57,567 bases of DNA from Anaerolineales bacterium (GTDB lineage: Bacteria > Chloroflexota > Anaerolineae > Anaerolineales > E44-bin32), in the NCBI GenBank assembly GCA_046259355.1, contig JBJYWH010000134.1, positions 1 through 57,567 on the forward strand. The letters are read 5' to 3'. Position numbers and translations under genes: made by a program. Positions 34,249 through 43,253 of the stretch are shown one piece after another (position 1 is the first letter of the stretch; each line of letters opens with the position of its first letter). The notes below the pieces were generated by a model. It saw only the letters and a list, made by a program, of their open reading frames with translations, had not been told where the DNA came from and did not search any database.

Positions 34249-35744
34249 AAACTCGCCTGCCGGCCGTGCTGGCGCTCACGCTTGCACTGCTTGCCGTGGC
34301 GCTTTCGGCTTATATTTCCTCTTCCGTCTTCGAGCGCATGCCGCATCTTGAGGACGAGTTCGCCAACCTCTGGCAGGCGCAGGTGTACGCTCAGGGGCAT
34401 CTTTCGCTGCCCTCACCGGAAGAGCCGCGCTCCTACCTGGTACCCTTTGTGATCGACTTTCAAGGTCAGCGGTTTGGGAAATATCCGCCGGGTTGGCCGG
34501 CGGCACTCTCGCTTGGTGCGCGAGCGGGCGCAGCGTGGCTGGTCAATCCGATCCTAGCCGGTTTGGCGGTCTGGCTGACATTCCGGCTGGGGTCGAAGCT
34601 GCTGGGGGAGTGGCCCGGCTTCCTGGCTGCGCTGCTGCTGCTCAGTTCGCCGATGTTCCTGATGCTCTCTGCCTCGCTGATGTCGCACACATTCAGCCTG
34701 GTGCTCGGTCTTGTCTTCACCCTGGCCTGGTTGGATCTCTTCCTGCATCCCGAACAGCCGGCGGCGCGCCGGGGCTCGCGACCTGCGCTGCTGACAATCT
34801 TGAGCGGTATGTCCCTCGGCCTGCTCGCGCTGACACGGCCGTGGACGGCGGCTGCGCTTGCGGCACCGTTTCTTATCCATGCTTTGTTTCGCTTTGTGCG
34901 AGGCGGCAGAATCGATCGCCTTCGCTTGACCGCGATTGCTGCGCTGGCCGGTGTACTGGCCGCCGGGATTCCATTATGGCAGTTTGCCGTGACCGGCGAT
35001 CCATTTCTCAACCCCTACACCCTCTGGTGGCCATATGACAGGCTCGGGTTCGGCGCCGGCATTGGTGTAACCGAGAGCGGGCACAGCCTGTACTGGGCGT
35101 GGTACAACACGCGCTTCAGCCTGCGGGCTGGCATGCACGATCTGTTCGGCTGGCCGTATCTCTCCTGGCTGTTCATTCCCCTGGGCTGCTGGGCACTCCG
35201 CCGCGATCGGCGGGTGTGGCTGTTGCTCGGGATCCCCCTGGCGTTGATTCTCTTCTATGCTGCCTACTGGATCGGGTCATGGCTGTTCGGCCCGCGCTAC
35301 TATGCTGAAGCGCTGCCAGCGCTGGCGGTTTTCAGCGCGGCCGGGATCGCCTGGCTGGGAGGCTGGATCGACTCGGCCGCGCGCGTCAGCCGCTGGCGCA
35401 GGTTGGCGATCTTCGGGCTGGCAGCCCTGCTGCTATCGGTCGATGCGGTCGGATATATCCCGGCGCGCGTCGCCGGCATGCGCGGCCTGTACCATATTAC
35501 AAGGCGTCCGAGCGCGTGGATCGCCGAGCAGCACCTCGGATCTGCACTCATCATCGTGCATGCCGAGCGCTGGTTCCAGTACGCGCAGCTGCTGCCGCTG
35601 GTGCCGCCTTTTTCGAAGAGCGATCTGCGGGTGGCCTGGAGCCGAAGCCCGGAAGCAGATGCCGCCCTGGTCGAGACGGAGCCCGGTCGGATGGTCTATC
35701 GATATGATGCCATCACGGGGAGCCTCTCGGTCTATACGCCCTGA
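34245..35744 (+). CDS. GT-C fold glycosyltransferase (family 39 / ArnT-PMT-like) membrane protein
   Basis: 499 aa with more than 10 TM helices. First-loop acidic motif HLEDEF. ATGA-type overlap with the previous gene. Confidence 0.55.
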   Translation: MKTRLPAVLALTLALLAVALSAYISSSVFERMPHLEDEFANLWQAQVYAQGHLSLPSPEEPRSYLVPFVIDFQGQRFGKYPPGWPAALSLGARAGAAWLVNPILAGLAVWLTFRLGSKLLGEWPGFLAALLLLSSPMFLMLSASLMSHTFSLVLGLVFTLAWLDLFLHPEQPAARRGSRPALLTILSGMSLGLLALTRPWTAAALAAPFLIHALFRFVRGGRIDRLRLTAIAALAGVLAAGIPLWQFAVTGDPFLNPYTLWWPYDRLGFGAGIGVTESGHSLYWAWYNTRFSLRAGMHDLFGWPYLSWLFIPLGCWALRRDRRVWLLLGIPLALILFYAAYWIGSWLFGPRYYAEALPALAVFSAAGIAWLGGWIDSAARVSRWRRLAIFGLAALLLSVDAVGYIPARVAGMRGLYHITRRPSAWIAEQHLGSALIIVHAERWFQYAQLLPLVPPFSKSDLRVAWSRSPEADAALVETEPGRMVYRYDAITGSLSVYTP

Positions 35745-35747
35745 GTC

Positions 35748-35788
35748 CTAAGAAACCTTAACCTGCCCGAAAGTTTTCTACCTATAAT
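35748..35788 (+). promoter_or_regulatory. Pho-box-like direct repeat plus perfect -10, leaderless promoter of the response regulator
   Basis: CTAAG-N5-TTAAC (35748..35762). TATAAT at 35783..35788 lies exactly 6 nt before the ATG at 35795. No SD. Confidence 0.55.
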
Positions 35789-35794
35789 CAAGAT

Positions 35795-36469
35795 ATGGCC
35801 TCGATCCTGATCGTTGAAGATGACGCCACGCTGCGCGACACCATTGCCCTCAACTTATCGGCGGAAGGCTATCAGGTACTCACGGCCGGAGACGGCGAGT
35901 CGGGTTTGCAGCAGGCGCGCGAGCTCACACCTGACCTGATCATCCTGGATGTCATGCTGCCCGAGCTGGATGGCCTGACGGTCTGCCGGGTGCTGCGGAA
36001 GGAGAGCCAGATGCCGATCATCCTGCTCACGGCGCGCGGCATGGAGACGGATAAGATCATCGGCCTGGAGAGCGGTGCGGATGATTACATCGTCAAGCCG
36101 TTTTCGCTCGGCGAGTTCATGGCACGCGTGCGCGCCGCGCTGCGGCGTGGTGCCGGCATGGAACCCGGCACAGAGGTCCGTGCCGGCGAACTGCGGCTTG
36201 ATTTGATCGCCCGCCGCGCTTTCCGCGGCGAACAGGAGCTTCAGCTCGCACCGCGCGAATTCGAACTGCTTGCGATTTTAATGCGCAGCCCGGGGGTGGT
36301 GCTCACGCGTGAGACCCTGCTATCACGGGTGTGGGGTTCGGATTATCTCGGCGACTCCCGCACCGTCGACGTCCACATCCGCTGGCTGCGAGAAAAGATT
36401 GAGCCCGATCCCTCTCACCCGCAATGGATTCAAACCGTGCGGGGCGTGGGCTACCGATTCGAGGCCTGA
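35795..36469 (+). CDS. OmpR/PhoB-family response regulator
   Basis: Receiver domain (ILIVEDD..., DLIILDVMLP, ILLTAR) plus a winged-helix tail (RTVDVHIRWLREKIE, IQTVRGVGYRF). Adjacent to the pst operon. Confidence 0.92.
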   Translation: MASILIVEDDATLRDTIALNLSAEGYQVLTAGDGESGLQQARELTPDLIILDVMLPELDGLTVCRVLRKESQMPIILLTARGMETDKIIGLESGADDYIVKPFSLGEFMARVRAALRRGAGMEPGTEVRAGELRLDLIARRAFRGEQELQLAPREFELLAILMRSPGVVLTRETLLSRVWGSDYLGDSRTVDVHIRWLREKIEPDPSHPQWIQTVRGVGYRFEA

Positions 36470-37623
36470 TGATCGATCCCATCTGGCTCATCATTGTGGG
36501 CTTGATCGGCATGGTCCCGGTTGGGCTCTGGCAGCGTGAACGTATGCGCCGGCAGGATTACGAACGACAGCTGAGGCGCCGAACGCAGGAGCTGGGTTCT
36601 ACCCTGGATCGCATCGAGGAGAAAAACCGCCGGATGACGGCCGCCCTCGACAGCAGCTTTCACCCCCTGATCGTCGTGAACCGCGAGCTCGAAGTGCAGT
36701 TCGCCAACCAGCAGAGCATCGATCGATTTGGCGCTTTCCAGCCCGGGATGAGCCTGATCAGCCTGACCCGGACGACGGCGCTGGAGCAGATCGCACGCGA
36801 CGCGTGGGAAATCGGCGCGAGCGGCAATCTCGAACGGACCATCCGCATCGAAGACCGGCCATTTAAAGTAAACGCAGTGACAAGCGGAGAATACGTTGGG
36901 ATCTCGCTGGAGGATGTCACTGAAGTTCAGCGATTGAGCCGGGCCCGCCAGGACATGATCGCCAACCTGTCGCACGAACTGCGCACCCCGATCGCCTCAA
37001 TCCGCCTGCTGGCCGAAACCCTGGTCAGCCCGGCCGGCAAAGCCCCCGGCGTCGCGGAGGCGTTGATCACCAAGATCGTCTCTGAGGTTGAGGTGCTGGA
37101 GCAGATGACGCAGGAAATGCTCGATCTGTCGTCGATCGAATCGGGCCAGCAGCCCGTAAGCCTGCATGCGCTTTTCGTTTCAGAAATCCTCGCCAGCCCG
37201 CTTGCAAGGCTGGAAGACCAGGCCGCCCGCAAATCGATCGAGATCGAGATCGAGCATCCCGGCGGGCTGCAAATCCTCGGCGACCGGGCGCTGGCGGAGC
37301 GTGCCGTCCTGAATGTGCTGCACAATGCGATCAAATTTTCCGCGGAACATGGAATCGTGAGCATCTCGGCTGCGCGCGACGAGCAGGCCGGCATGGTGAC
37401 ACTCTCGATCCAGGACAGCGGGCCCGGAATCCACCCGGAGGATCTGGAGCGCATCTTCGAACGTTTCTACCGCGCCGATCGCGCCCGTTCCACGCCGGGC
37501 ACCGGTCTGGGGCTCTCGATCGCCCACCACATCATGCGGGCGCACGGTGGCTCGATATCGGCCGAGAATCTCCGACCGCCCGAAGTCGGTGCCGTTTTTC
37601 ACCTCAGCTTTCGCTCGACTTGA
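36469..37623 (+). CDS. PhoR-type sensor histidine kinase
   Basis: ATG at 36469 overlapping the regulator stop (TGATG). N-terminal TM, a PAS-like region, the H-box SHELRTPIASI, and HATPase motifs (HNAIKFS, DSGPGI, GTGLGLSI). Confidence 0.88.
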   Translation: MIDPIWLIIVGLIGMVPVGLWQRERMRRQDYERQLRRRTQELGSTLDRIEEKNRRMTAALDSSFHPLIVVNRELEVQFANQQSIDRFGAFQPGMSLISLTRTTALEQIARDAWEIGASGNLERTIRIEDRPFKVNAVTSGEYVGISLEDVTEVQRLSRARQDMIANLSHELRTPIASIRLLAETLVSPAGKAPGVAEALITKIVSEVEVLEQMTQEMLDLSSIESGQQPVSLHALFVSEILASPLARLEDQAARKSIEIEIEHPGGLQILGDRALAERAVLNVLHNAIKFSAEHGIVSISAARDEQAGMVTLSIQDSGPGIHPEDLERIFERFYRADRARSTPGTGLGLSIAHHIMRAHGGSISAENLRPPEVGAVFHLSFRST

Positions 37624-37672
37624 TTCCTCTGCATCCGGCACATCCGAGTGCTGTTTCCCGGAATACGGAGCA

Positions 37673-37725
37673 TTAAGGACGTTTAACTCGTTCTTGAAAT
37701 GGGCTTAATCGCTGCCTGCTATGCT
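37673..37725 (+). promoter_or_regulatory. four-unit Pho-box-like array plus extended -10 upstream of small ORF A
   Basis: TTAAG 37673, TTAAC 37683, TTGAA 37694 and TTAAT 37705 (10/11/11-bp phasing). TGcTATGCT has its -10 at 37720..37725, 6 nt before the ATG at 37732. Confidence 0.5.
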
Positions 37726-37731
37726 CCGGGC

Positions 37732-37950
37732 ATGGAAAATCAGCTTTTTCTCACACAGTCAGTTCGAACCGCAGAACGACAGGATGCGACTCCCGGATTT
37801 GCGGTTGAAGCCGAACCGGTTTCAGGCATGTACAGCATCGGCCATCAGCAAGCCATGATGGCCTTGCACAGCTTGGCGGCACCGCCGCGCAGCCTATCCG
37901 GATGGATTACCTGGAACAGCACGCTGCGCGCCGTTGGAGCGCTGGCATGA
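37732..37950 (+). CDS. small hypothetical protein (ORF A, 72 aa), predicted leaderless
   Basis: In frame with track ORF 37699..37950. The ATG at 37732 sits at the predicted TSS. The stop overlaps the ORF B start (ATGA). Confidence 0.35.
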   Translation: MENQLFLTQSVRTAERQDATPGFAVEAEPVSGMYSIGHQQAMMALHSLAAPPRSLSGWITWNSTLRAVGALA

Positions 37951-38186
37951 TGCAGCCGATGTCAGACTTGATGCCTTATGCCGGCATAAAGCTGCGCTGC
38001 CCGGCATGTCATGCAAAGCTGCGTACGTTCGAAGTGCATTCACTCGGACGCAATCTCCGGCTCGAAGGAATCTGCCACCGCTGCGGTACACGCATTTTTG
38101 CGATCCGACGGACACCCGCCTGGATGTTGGAAGGCCATCTCGAGAAGAAGCAGCGGATGCTGGACTTCATCGATCAGGCTGCATAG
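37947..38186 (+). CDS. small zinc-ribbon protein (ORF B, 79 aa)
   Basis: CPACH...(22 aa)...CHRCG four-Cys ribbon. ATG at 37947, in frame with track ORF 37902..38186. Confidence 0.4.
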   Translation: MMQPMSDLMPYAGIKLRCPACHAKLRTFEVHSLGRNLRLEGICHRCGTRIFAIRRTPAWMLEGHLEKKQRMLDFIDQAA

Positions 38187-38219
38187 AGCGGCTGGCTTTC
38201 TCTCTCTTTTCTCCACCAT

Positions 38220-38252
38220 GGACACCTGGCGCGGTCGGCGCGCCAGGTGTCC
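38220..38252 (+). terminator. 13-bp GC hairpin after ORF B (terminator or insulator before the pstS promoter)
   Basis: GGACACCTGGCGC/GCGCCAGGTGTCC with a 7-nt loop. No clear U tract. Confidence 0.4.
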
Positions 38253-38257
38253 GTGGG

Positions 38258-38310
38258 TTAAGAAAGCTTAAACCGATCTTGACCTGTCCTTAAGCAGCTC
38301 TCGTTATCCT
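38258..38310 (+). promoter_or_regulatory. four-unit Pho-box-like array plus -10 upstream of pstS
   Basis: TTAAG 38258, TTAAA 38268, TTGAC 38279 and TTAAG 38290 (10/11/11-bp phasing). TATCCT at 38305..38310 lies 15 nt after the fourth unit, the same offset as at 37705 to 37720. Confidence 0.55.
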
Positions 38311-38347
38311 GTAAAGCGATGCAACCATCCTGAGGAGGATTCGAAGC

Positions 38348-39535
38348 ATGTCGTTAAAACGTTCAGCCCTTTTTGTAAGTCTTGTCCTGGCGCTCGTGCT
38401 CTCTGCCTGCGGCTCACAACCGGCAGCCGTGTCCACCGTGGAAGTCACACGGATGGTGGAGGGGACGCCGCAGGTCATGGTGATCACGGCAACCCCCGCA
38501 CCCCAGGTTGCGGCAGGGTCAATCCAGATCAACGGCGCCGGCGCGACCTTCCCGCTTCCGGTCTACACCGAGTGGACCTATGCCTACCAGTATGTTGATC
38601 CATCGGTTGCGATCAACTACCAGGGCATCGGTTCCGGCGGCGGCAAGAAAGCCATCGTCGACCGCACCGTCGATTTTGCCGGTTCCGACTCGCTCCTGAG
38701 CGACGACGAGTACACCGCCGGCGGCGACCTGCAGATGTACCCGATGATCGCCGGTGCCGTCGTACCGATCTACAACGTCGAAGGGCTCACCAGTGACGAT
38801 CCCGCCCTCATCCTGAGCCGCGAATTGCTGGTCGGCATCTATGACGGCACGATCAATACGTGGAATGATCCCGCGATCGTGGCGCTCAACCCGTCGCTGA
38901 CCGACAAGCTGCCGAAGACCGGGATCACCGCCGTGCATCGCTCGGACGGCTCCGGTACAACCGAGATCTTCACCAAGGCGCTCTCCTCGTTCAGCCCGGA
39001 GTGGAAGGCGAACGTTGGCGCCGGTTCATCGATTGAATGGCCCGTCGACAAGGCTGGCAACGGCGTCGGTGGCAAGGGCAACCAGGGCGTGGCGGCAGCG
39101 GTCCAGAACACCGCCAACAGCATCGGCTACGTTGAACTCTCCTACGCCGTGTCGAACAAGATTCCCTTCGCCCAGATGACCAACAAGGCGGGGAGCACCG
39201 TCACGGCCGATGCGGCCAGCCTGCAGTCTGCCATGGCGGACTTCGCCGGCAGCTTCAGCGACCGCCTGACGACGGATATCGTTGATGGCTCGGGAGCAGG
39301 CTCGTGGCCGATCGCCGGCTACACCTACCTGGTGCTGCACACCTCCACGATGGAGGACTGCGCCAAGGCGGCCAAGCTGCTCGAGTACGTTCGTTGGACG
39401 CTGACCGACGCCGGCGCAGCGCAGCGCGCCTCGGATCTCGGCTACGCCGTCCTGCCCGATGCCGTGCGCGAGCAGGTCCTGGCCAAGCTGGGCGAGGTCA
39501 CCTGCGGCGGCGCGCCGGTGATGAGCGGCGGCTAG
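38348..39535 (+). CDS. pstS: phosphate ABC transporter substrate-binding lipoprotein
   Basis: Lipobox LVLSAC. Motifs GAGATFPLPVY, YQGIGSGGGKK and HRSDGSGTT. SD GAGGAGG. Confidence 0.93.
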   Translation: MSLKRSALFVSLVLALVLSACGSQPAAVSTVEVTRMVEGTPQVMVITATPAPQVAAGSIQINGAGATFPLPVYTEWTYAYQYVDPSVAINYQGIGSGGGKKAIVDRTVDFAGSDSLLSDDEYTAGGDLQMYPMIAGAVVPIYNVEGLTSDDPALILSRELLVGIYDGTINTWNDPAIVALNPSLTDKLPKTGITAVHRSDGSGTTEIFTKALSSFSPEWKANVGAGSSIEWPVDKAGNGVGGKGNQGVAAAVQNTANSIGYVELSYAVSNKIPFAQMTNKAGSTVTADAASLQSAMADFAGSFSDRLTTDIVDGSGAGSWPIAGYTYLVLHTSTMEDCAKAAKLLEYVRWTLTDAGAAQRASDLGYAVLPDAVREQVLAKLGEVTCGGAPVMSGG

Positions 39536-39563
39536 AAAACAAGTTTCCTGCGGTTTTTCCCGC

Positions 39564-39594
39564 CAGGGGAACCCAGAAATGAAGGGTTCCCCTG
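39564..39594 (+). terminator. intercistronic hairpin between pstS and pstC (attenuator or mRNA stabiliser)
   Basis: Perfect 11-bp stem CAGGGGAACCC/GGGTTCCCCTG with a 9-nt loop, followed by AGGGCTTTCATTTTGC. Confidence 0.5.
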
Positions 39595-39628
39595 AGGGCT
39601 TTCATTTTGCAGGCTTGGAGGCAGGACC

Positions 39629-40642
39629 TTGAACGCAATTCATCCGACCGAAAGGACACCGTCATCCGGATTGAGATCCTGGGTGGAGAACCGCTGGCAG
39701 CATGGCGATCTGGTCTGGCGGGTGTTGATCGGCCTGGCAGCAGCCGGTGTGCTTCTTTTAATTCTGGCCATCGGCTGGCTCCTGTGGCGCGATTCGGCCG
39801 CCGCGCGCCAGGCATTCGGTTGGTCGTTTATCCTGCCGACCTCCGATGCCTCATGGAATCCCGTTTTCGATAAATTTCAGGCCTGGCCGTTCATTTACGG
39901 CACGCTTCAGACCTCCTTTGTCGCCCTGCTTCTCGCCATTCCGGTGAGCCTGGGGATTGCAATCTTCCTGGCAGAACTCAGCCCGGCGTGGCTGCGGACG
40001 CCGCTGGGGTGGATGATCGAGCTTTTGGCCGCCATTCCCAGCGTGGTGTACGGCCTGTGGGGGATCTTCGTTTTCCTCCCGGTGGTTGTGACACCGCTGG
40101 GGAATGGCCTGGCACAGGCCCTGGCCGGTGTACCCGGACTGGGCGCCTTCTTTACCGGGCCGATTCCACAGAGCGGATCGAGCCGCCTGGCAGCCAGCCT
40201 GATCCTGACCATCATGATCATTCCCACCATCGCAGCCGTCAGCCGGGATGTCTTTCGCGCCATTCCGCAGTCGCAGCGCGAAGCGGCGATGGCGTTGGGT
40301 GCAACATCGTGGGAGATGATTGGGCAGGTGCTGGTGCCTTACGGGCTGTCGGGCATCCTGGGGGCCGTCATCCTTGGGCTGGGCCGGGCGCTGGGGGAGA
40401 CGATGGCCGTGACGATGGTGATCGGCAACAGCATCGAAGGGTCGCTTTCCCTGCTCAGGCCGGGATATACCATGTCCAGCATCATCGCCAACGAATTCGC
40501 CGAGGCGGTGACCGAACTGCACACCGAAGCGTTGGTAGAGATCGGTTTGGTGCTGTTCGTCATGACGCTGCTCTTGAATATCCTGGCTCGCTTCCTGGTC
40601 TGGCGCGTGGCCCGCAGGACCCCGCAGGAGGCACGAGCATGA
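39629..40642 (+). CDS. pstC: phosphate ABC transporter permease PstC
   Basis: 337 aa. TTG start 7 nt after GGAGG. Six TM helices and the EAA-like loop REAAMALGAT. Confidence 0.9.
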   Translation: MNAIHPTERTPSSGLRSWVENRWQHGDLVWRVLIGLAAAGVLLLILAIGWLLWRDSAAARQAFGWSFILPTSDASWNPVFDKFQAWPFIYGTLQTSFVALLLAIPVSLGIAIFLAELSPAWLRTPLGWMIELLAAIPSVVYGLWGIFVFLPVVVTPLGNGLAQALAGVPGLGAFFTGPIPQSGSSRLAASLILTIMIIPTIAAVSRDVFRAIPQSQREAAMALGATSWEMIGQVLVPYGLSGILGAVILGLGRALGETMAVTMVIGNSIEGSLSLLRPGYTMSSIIANEFAEAVTELHTEALVEIGLVLFVMTLLLNILARFLVWRVARRTPQEARA

Positions 40643-41592
40643 GTTCCTCCACCTTGCCGCTGAAACGACACATCACATTTAGCCGTGCTGGCTACAATCG
40701 GCGCAGGATCACCAACCTGCTGATGCTTGGTTTGACAGGCTTGATGGCCGCCCTGGCGCTCGTTCCCCTGATCTGGATCATCGCCTACGTCATCCTGCGC
40801 GGCGGCAGCTCGATCAACCTGGCATTTTTCACACAGTTACCACGACCGCTGGGTGCTGCGGGTGGAGGTGTTCTGCATGCAATCCAGGGCACGCTGATTC
40901 TCACGGCGCTGGCCGGTCTTTTTGCCATCCCCCCGGGCATATTGGCGGCGATTTATGCTGCCCGTCACCCCAATTCTCCACTGGGGATCGCGGTACGCTT
41001 CGCGACCGACGTGCTCTCGGGCGTGCCTTCCATTGTGGTCGGGTTGTTTGGGTACGCCTTGATCGTCAAAACCCAGGGTCATTACTCGGCCCTGGCCGGA
41101 GGGCTGGCGCTGGCGATCTTGATGCTGCCGATCATCGTGCGGACGACGGAGGAGATGATCAAACTCGTTCCCCACACGCTGCGGGAAGGATCGCTGGCGC
41201 TGGGTGCGCCGGAATGGAAAACGACCTTGAGCGTCATCCTGCCGGCGGCGGCCAATGGCATCATCACCGGCCTCTTGCTGGGGCTGGCCCGCGCCTCGGG
41301 CGAGACCGCTCCGCTGCTGTTCACGGCACTTGGAAATGAACGCTACGATGCGTTTCGAATCGTGAAGATCGGGGTGCAGACCGGCCAGGGTCCGCTCTCG
41401 ATCCTGAATGCCCTAATTGAACAGCCGATCGACTCGCTGCCGCTGACGCTCTGGAAGTACGCCCAGCAGCCCTACCCGGAACGGATCGACCAGGCCTGGG
41501 GCGTGGCCTTGATCCTGATGGCGATCGTCCTGGCAACGAACATCGGCGCCCGGCTCTGGGTCGAACGGCGGTCGGCTCGCTTGAAGGGATAG
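40639..41592 (+). CDS. pstA: phosphate ABC transporter permease PstA
   Basis: ATG at 40639 overlapping the pstC stop (ATGA). EAA loop [14 protein letters not shown]. The 5' part of the 534-aa track ORF is just the pstC region read in another frame. Confidence 0.9.
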   Translation: MSSSTLPLKRHITFSRAGYNRRRITNLLMLGLTGLMAALALVPLIWIIAYVILRGGSSINLAFFTQLPRPLGAAGGGVLHAIQGTLILTALAGLFAIPPGILAAIYAARHPNSPLGIAVRFATDVLSGVPSIVVGLFGYALIVKTQGHYSALAGGLALAILMLPIIVRTTEEMIKLVPHTLREGSLALGAPEWKTTLSVILPAAANGIITGLLLGLARASGETAPLLFTALGNERYDAFRIVKIGVQTGQGPLSILNALIEQPIDSLPLTLWKYAQQPYPERIDQAWGVALILMAIVLATNIGARLWVERRSARLKG

Positions 41593-41597
41593 AACCG

Positions 41598-42470
41598 GTG
41601 ACCTTACAGATCATGAATGGAGAACTGAATTTGGAAAAGGATGGATTGGCTCCGATGAATCTTCCGACGAAGGCTTCGATTGACATGGTGCTTGCCGATC
41701 TTGAAATGAAGATGGAGATTCGAGATCTCTCGGTGTTTTACGGCGAGTTCCGGGCCCTGGCGGGAGTATCGCTCAAAATCCCGAGCCAAAAAATCACAGC
41801 CATTATCGGCCCCTCCGGCTGTGGAAAATCGACTCTGCTCCGCTCCTTGAACCGGATGAATGACCTCACGTCGAATACACGAACCGAGGGTGAAGTATGT
41901 CTCGATGAGCAGAACATCTACGCGCAAGGTGTTGACGTGGTCGATGTGCGGAGGCGAGTCGGCATGGTCTTTCAGCGCCCCAACCCGTTTCCGAAGAGTA
42001 TTTACGACAACGTAGCCTATGGACCGCGGCTGTACGGAGTGCGGCGGCGCTCGGAATTGGATGAGATCATCGAAAATAGCCTGCGCCAGGCCGCGCTCTG
42101 GGACGAGGTTAAGGACAAGCTGCACCAATCTGGCCTGGCGCTCTCCGGCGGACAGCAGCAGCGCTTATGCATTGCCCGCGCCCTGGCGGTCGAGCCAGAG
42201 GCCATCCTGATGGACGAACCAGCCTCCGCCCTGGATCCGGTGGCGACGCTGCGGATCGAGGAATTGATGCAGAACCTGGTCGAGCACTACACGATCGTTA
42301 TCGTGACTCATAATATGCAGCAGGCAGCGCGCGTTTCCGATTTCACGGGCATGATGATGATGCGGGACGATCGCGCCGGTGAACTGATCGAGTTTGACCG
42401 GACCGATCTGATCTTCACACGTCCCAAGGACAAGCGCACGGAAGATTACGTGACCGGCCGCTTCGGCTAG
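41598..42470 (+). CDS. pstB: phosphate ABC transporter ATP-binding protein PstB
   Basis: Motifs [34 protein letters not shown] and [11 protein letters not shown] at 41598, 7 nt after GAAGGGA; a later ATG start is possible. Confidence 0.92.
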   Translation: MTLQIMNGELNLEKDGLAPMNLPTKASIDMVLADLEMKMEIRDLSVFYGEFRALAGVSLKIPSQKITAIIGPSGCGKSTLLRSLNRMNDLTSNTRTEGEVCLDEQNIYAQGVDVVDVRRRVGMVFQRPNPFPKSIYDNVAYGPRLYGVRRRSELDEIIENSLRQAALWDEVKDKLHQSGLALSGGQQQRLCIARALAVEPEAILMDEPASALDPVATLRIEELMQNLVEHYTIVIVTHNMQQAARVSDFTGMMMMRDDRAGELIEFDRTDLIFTRPKDKRTEDYVTGRFG

Positions 42471-42491
42471 AATATGAATCGAGGGTATTCG

Positions 42492-43253
42492 ATGAAGCTT
42501 GCGTTCTTTTCCGACATCCATGCCAATATCCACGCACTTCAGGCGGTGTGGAACGATATCGAAGCACAGGCTCCGGATGCGGTCTACTGCCTGGGCGACC
42601 TGGTTGGCTACGGCGCCTACCCGAATGAAGTGATCGATTTCCTGCGCCAGCGCCAGGTGCCAACGCTGATGGGTAATTACGACGAGGGCGTGGGTTTCGA
42701 CATGGATGACTGCGGCTGTGCCTATCGGGAGCCAGAGCAGGAAGCCCTTGGGCATCAGTCGCTGCTATGGACGCGCGAGCAAACTCGTGCGGAAAACAAG
42801 GCCTACCTGCGTTCGCTGCCGCTGCAGATTCGACTGGAGGAGCACCGGCCGAGCATGCTCCTGGTACACGGCAGCCCGCGCCGGATCAACGAATACCTGT
42901 TTGAAGATCGTCCCGAGGCGAGCTTCGAGCGGTTGGCAAAACTCGCCGGGACCCAGGTGCTGCTCTTCGGTCATACGCACATCCCTTATCAAAAAGCAAT
43001 TCATGGTACGCTGTTCGTGAACACCGGCAGCGTAGGGAAACCCAAGGACGGCGATTCGCGTGCCGGGTATGTCCTCCTGAGCACGGGCCCGCGGCCGGGT
43101 GTGGAATTTCGCCGGGTCGAATACGACCTTCAAGCTGCAGCAGGCGGGATCCGTTCAAGCGGTTTACCGGTGGAGTTCGCGAGGCAGTTGGAATCCGGGG
43201 GTGTTATCGAGGATCGTGAAACGCTGGGCAGCGAACACAGGAGAGCGGTATGA
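42492..43253 (+). CDS. calcineurin-like metallophosphoesterase (YfcE/MJ0936-type) embedded in the pst operon
   Basis: MKLAFFSDIHAN, CLGDLVGYG, GNYD and LFGHTH metal-ligand motifs. ATG at 42492 after GAGGG. The stop overlaps the phoU ATG. Confidence 0.85.
   Translation: MKLAFFSDIHANIHALQAVWNDIEAQAPDAVYCLGDLVGYGAYPNEVIDFLRQRQVPTLMGNYDEGVGFDMDDCGCAYREPEQEALGHQSLLWTREQTRAENKAYLRSLPLQIRLEEHRPSMLLVHGSPRRINEYLFEDRPEASFERLAKLAGTQVLLFGHTHIPYQKAIHGTLFVNTGSVGKPKDGDSRAGYVLLSTGPRPGVEFRRVEYDLQAAAGGIRSSGLPVEFARQLESGGVIEDRETLGSEHRRAV

Noticed and set aside
39988-40638. 5' part of the 534-aa ORF that ends as PstA
   Set aside because: This part overlaps pstC in another frame with a junk-like translation. PstA starts at the ATG at 40639, coupled to the pstC stop.
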